Assembly (NCBI GenBank): GCA_964276515.1
Contig: OZ193910.1
Coordinates: 3,410,001 to 3,474,000, forward strand
Direction of reading: 5' to 3'
Source of the DNA: Gordius albopunctatus
Taxonomy: Eukaryota
Length of the DNA stretch: 64,000 bases
The position numbers were made by a program, and so were the translations under genes. The notes below the pieces were generated by a model, which worked only from the letters and a program-made list of their open reading frames with translations, made no database searches and was not told the origin of the DNA. Shown piece after piece: positions 63,391-64,000 of the stretch; the first letter of the stretch is position 1; each line of letters opens with the position of its first letter.

Positions 63391-64000
63391 ATGATCCTAA
63401 AATTTTTTGTTTTCGCACTCATAATACAATGTACATATGCTCAAGACATTTCTAGTTCTTCTCAAGGTTTATTTATTATGAATAACTTTATTAATAATTT
63501 TATTTTTAAACTATATACATTTTTTAATTTATATTAAATTAGAAAAAAAACATGATCAGGAGATTGAACATAAAACAGATGAAAATATAAATCAACCAGC
63601 AGAAACAAAGACACCTCAGGAAGCTTTCATACACCAGCAATTAAATGATCAAAGAAATGATGAAGAAGCCATGCAACAACATCCACCACCTGAAGATAAC
63701 ACACACAAACGAGATCTAAATGAGGAACATTATCAATTTGAAATAGATACGGTTAAATCCAAATCAAATGAGGATGAAATACTTTTGAATAAATATACAA
63801 ATGAGCAAGAACCACCCAAGATTATCAATAATTTTGAGAATATTAATCATATTCCCCCTGAAAAACCAGAAGATATTTCATCAACAGTAATCAAAGAAAG
63901 CCTCAACAATGAAGGTTATATAAACACCTTTCAACCTGAAGATATTCCTTCAGAAATAAGAGAAGAAGTAAGCAAAGAAACAATCAATAATGGAAATTTA
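63391..64000 (+). CDS. Secreted acidic low-complexity protein, 5' part only; exons 63391-63466 and 63543-end
   Basis: MILKFFVFALIIQCTYA-QD signal peptide, a phase-1 GT-AG intron, then an open E/N/Q/P-rich frame to the window edge. Confidence 0.75.

Overview
AT-rich animal (invertebrate-type) nuclear DNA, not prokaryotic. It has spliceosomal genes with a strong mode of very short introns (34-43 nt) and many transposon remnants. Genes reconstructed by hand: thioredoxin (5 exons, +), MCM4 (16 exons, +), THOC7 (8 exons, -), a DUF268 methyltransferase-like type II membrane protein (2 exons, -), the Notch ligand Delta (8 exons, +) behind a ~15 kb gene-free upstream region, and the 5' part of a secreted acidic protein at the right edge. 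There is also an intact 5-exon, 369-aa Ginger/GIN1-type integrase gene (-) with two of its three DDE catalytic residues replaced; this candidate domesticated transposase is the most notable find. Mobile DNA includes a decayed Ty3/gypsy gag-protease, two CRE-like RLE non-LTR fragments, two RTE 3' ends, and a Penelope GIY-YIG fragment with a degenerate hammerhead. There is also a Helentron-type (HINE/DINE-1-like) element holding tandem repeats with tRNA B-box-like modules, and several non-autonomous hAT families with 8-bp TSDs that nest inside each other. All exon coordinates and counts are by eye; no searches were run.
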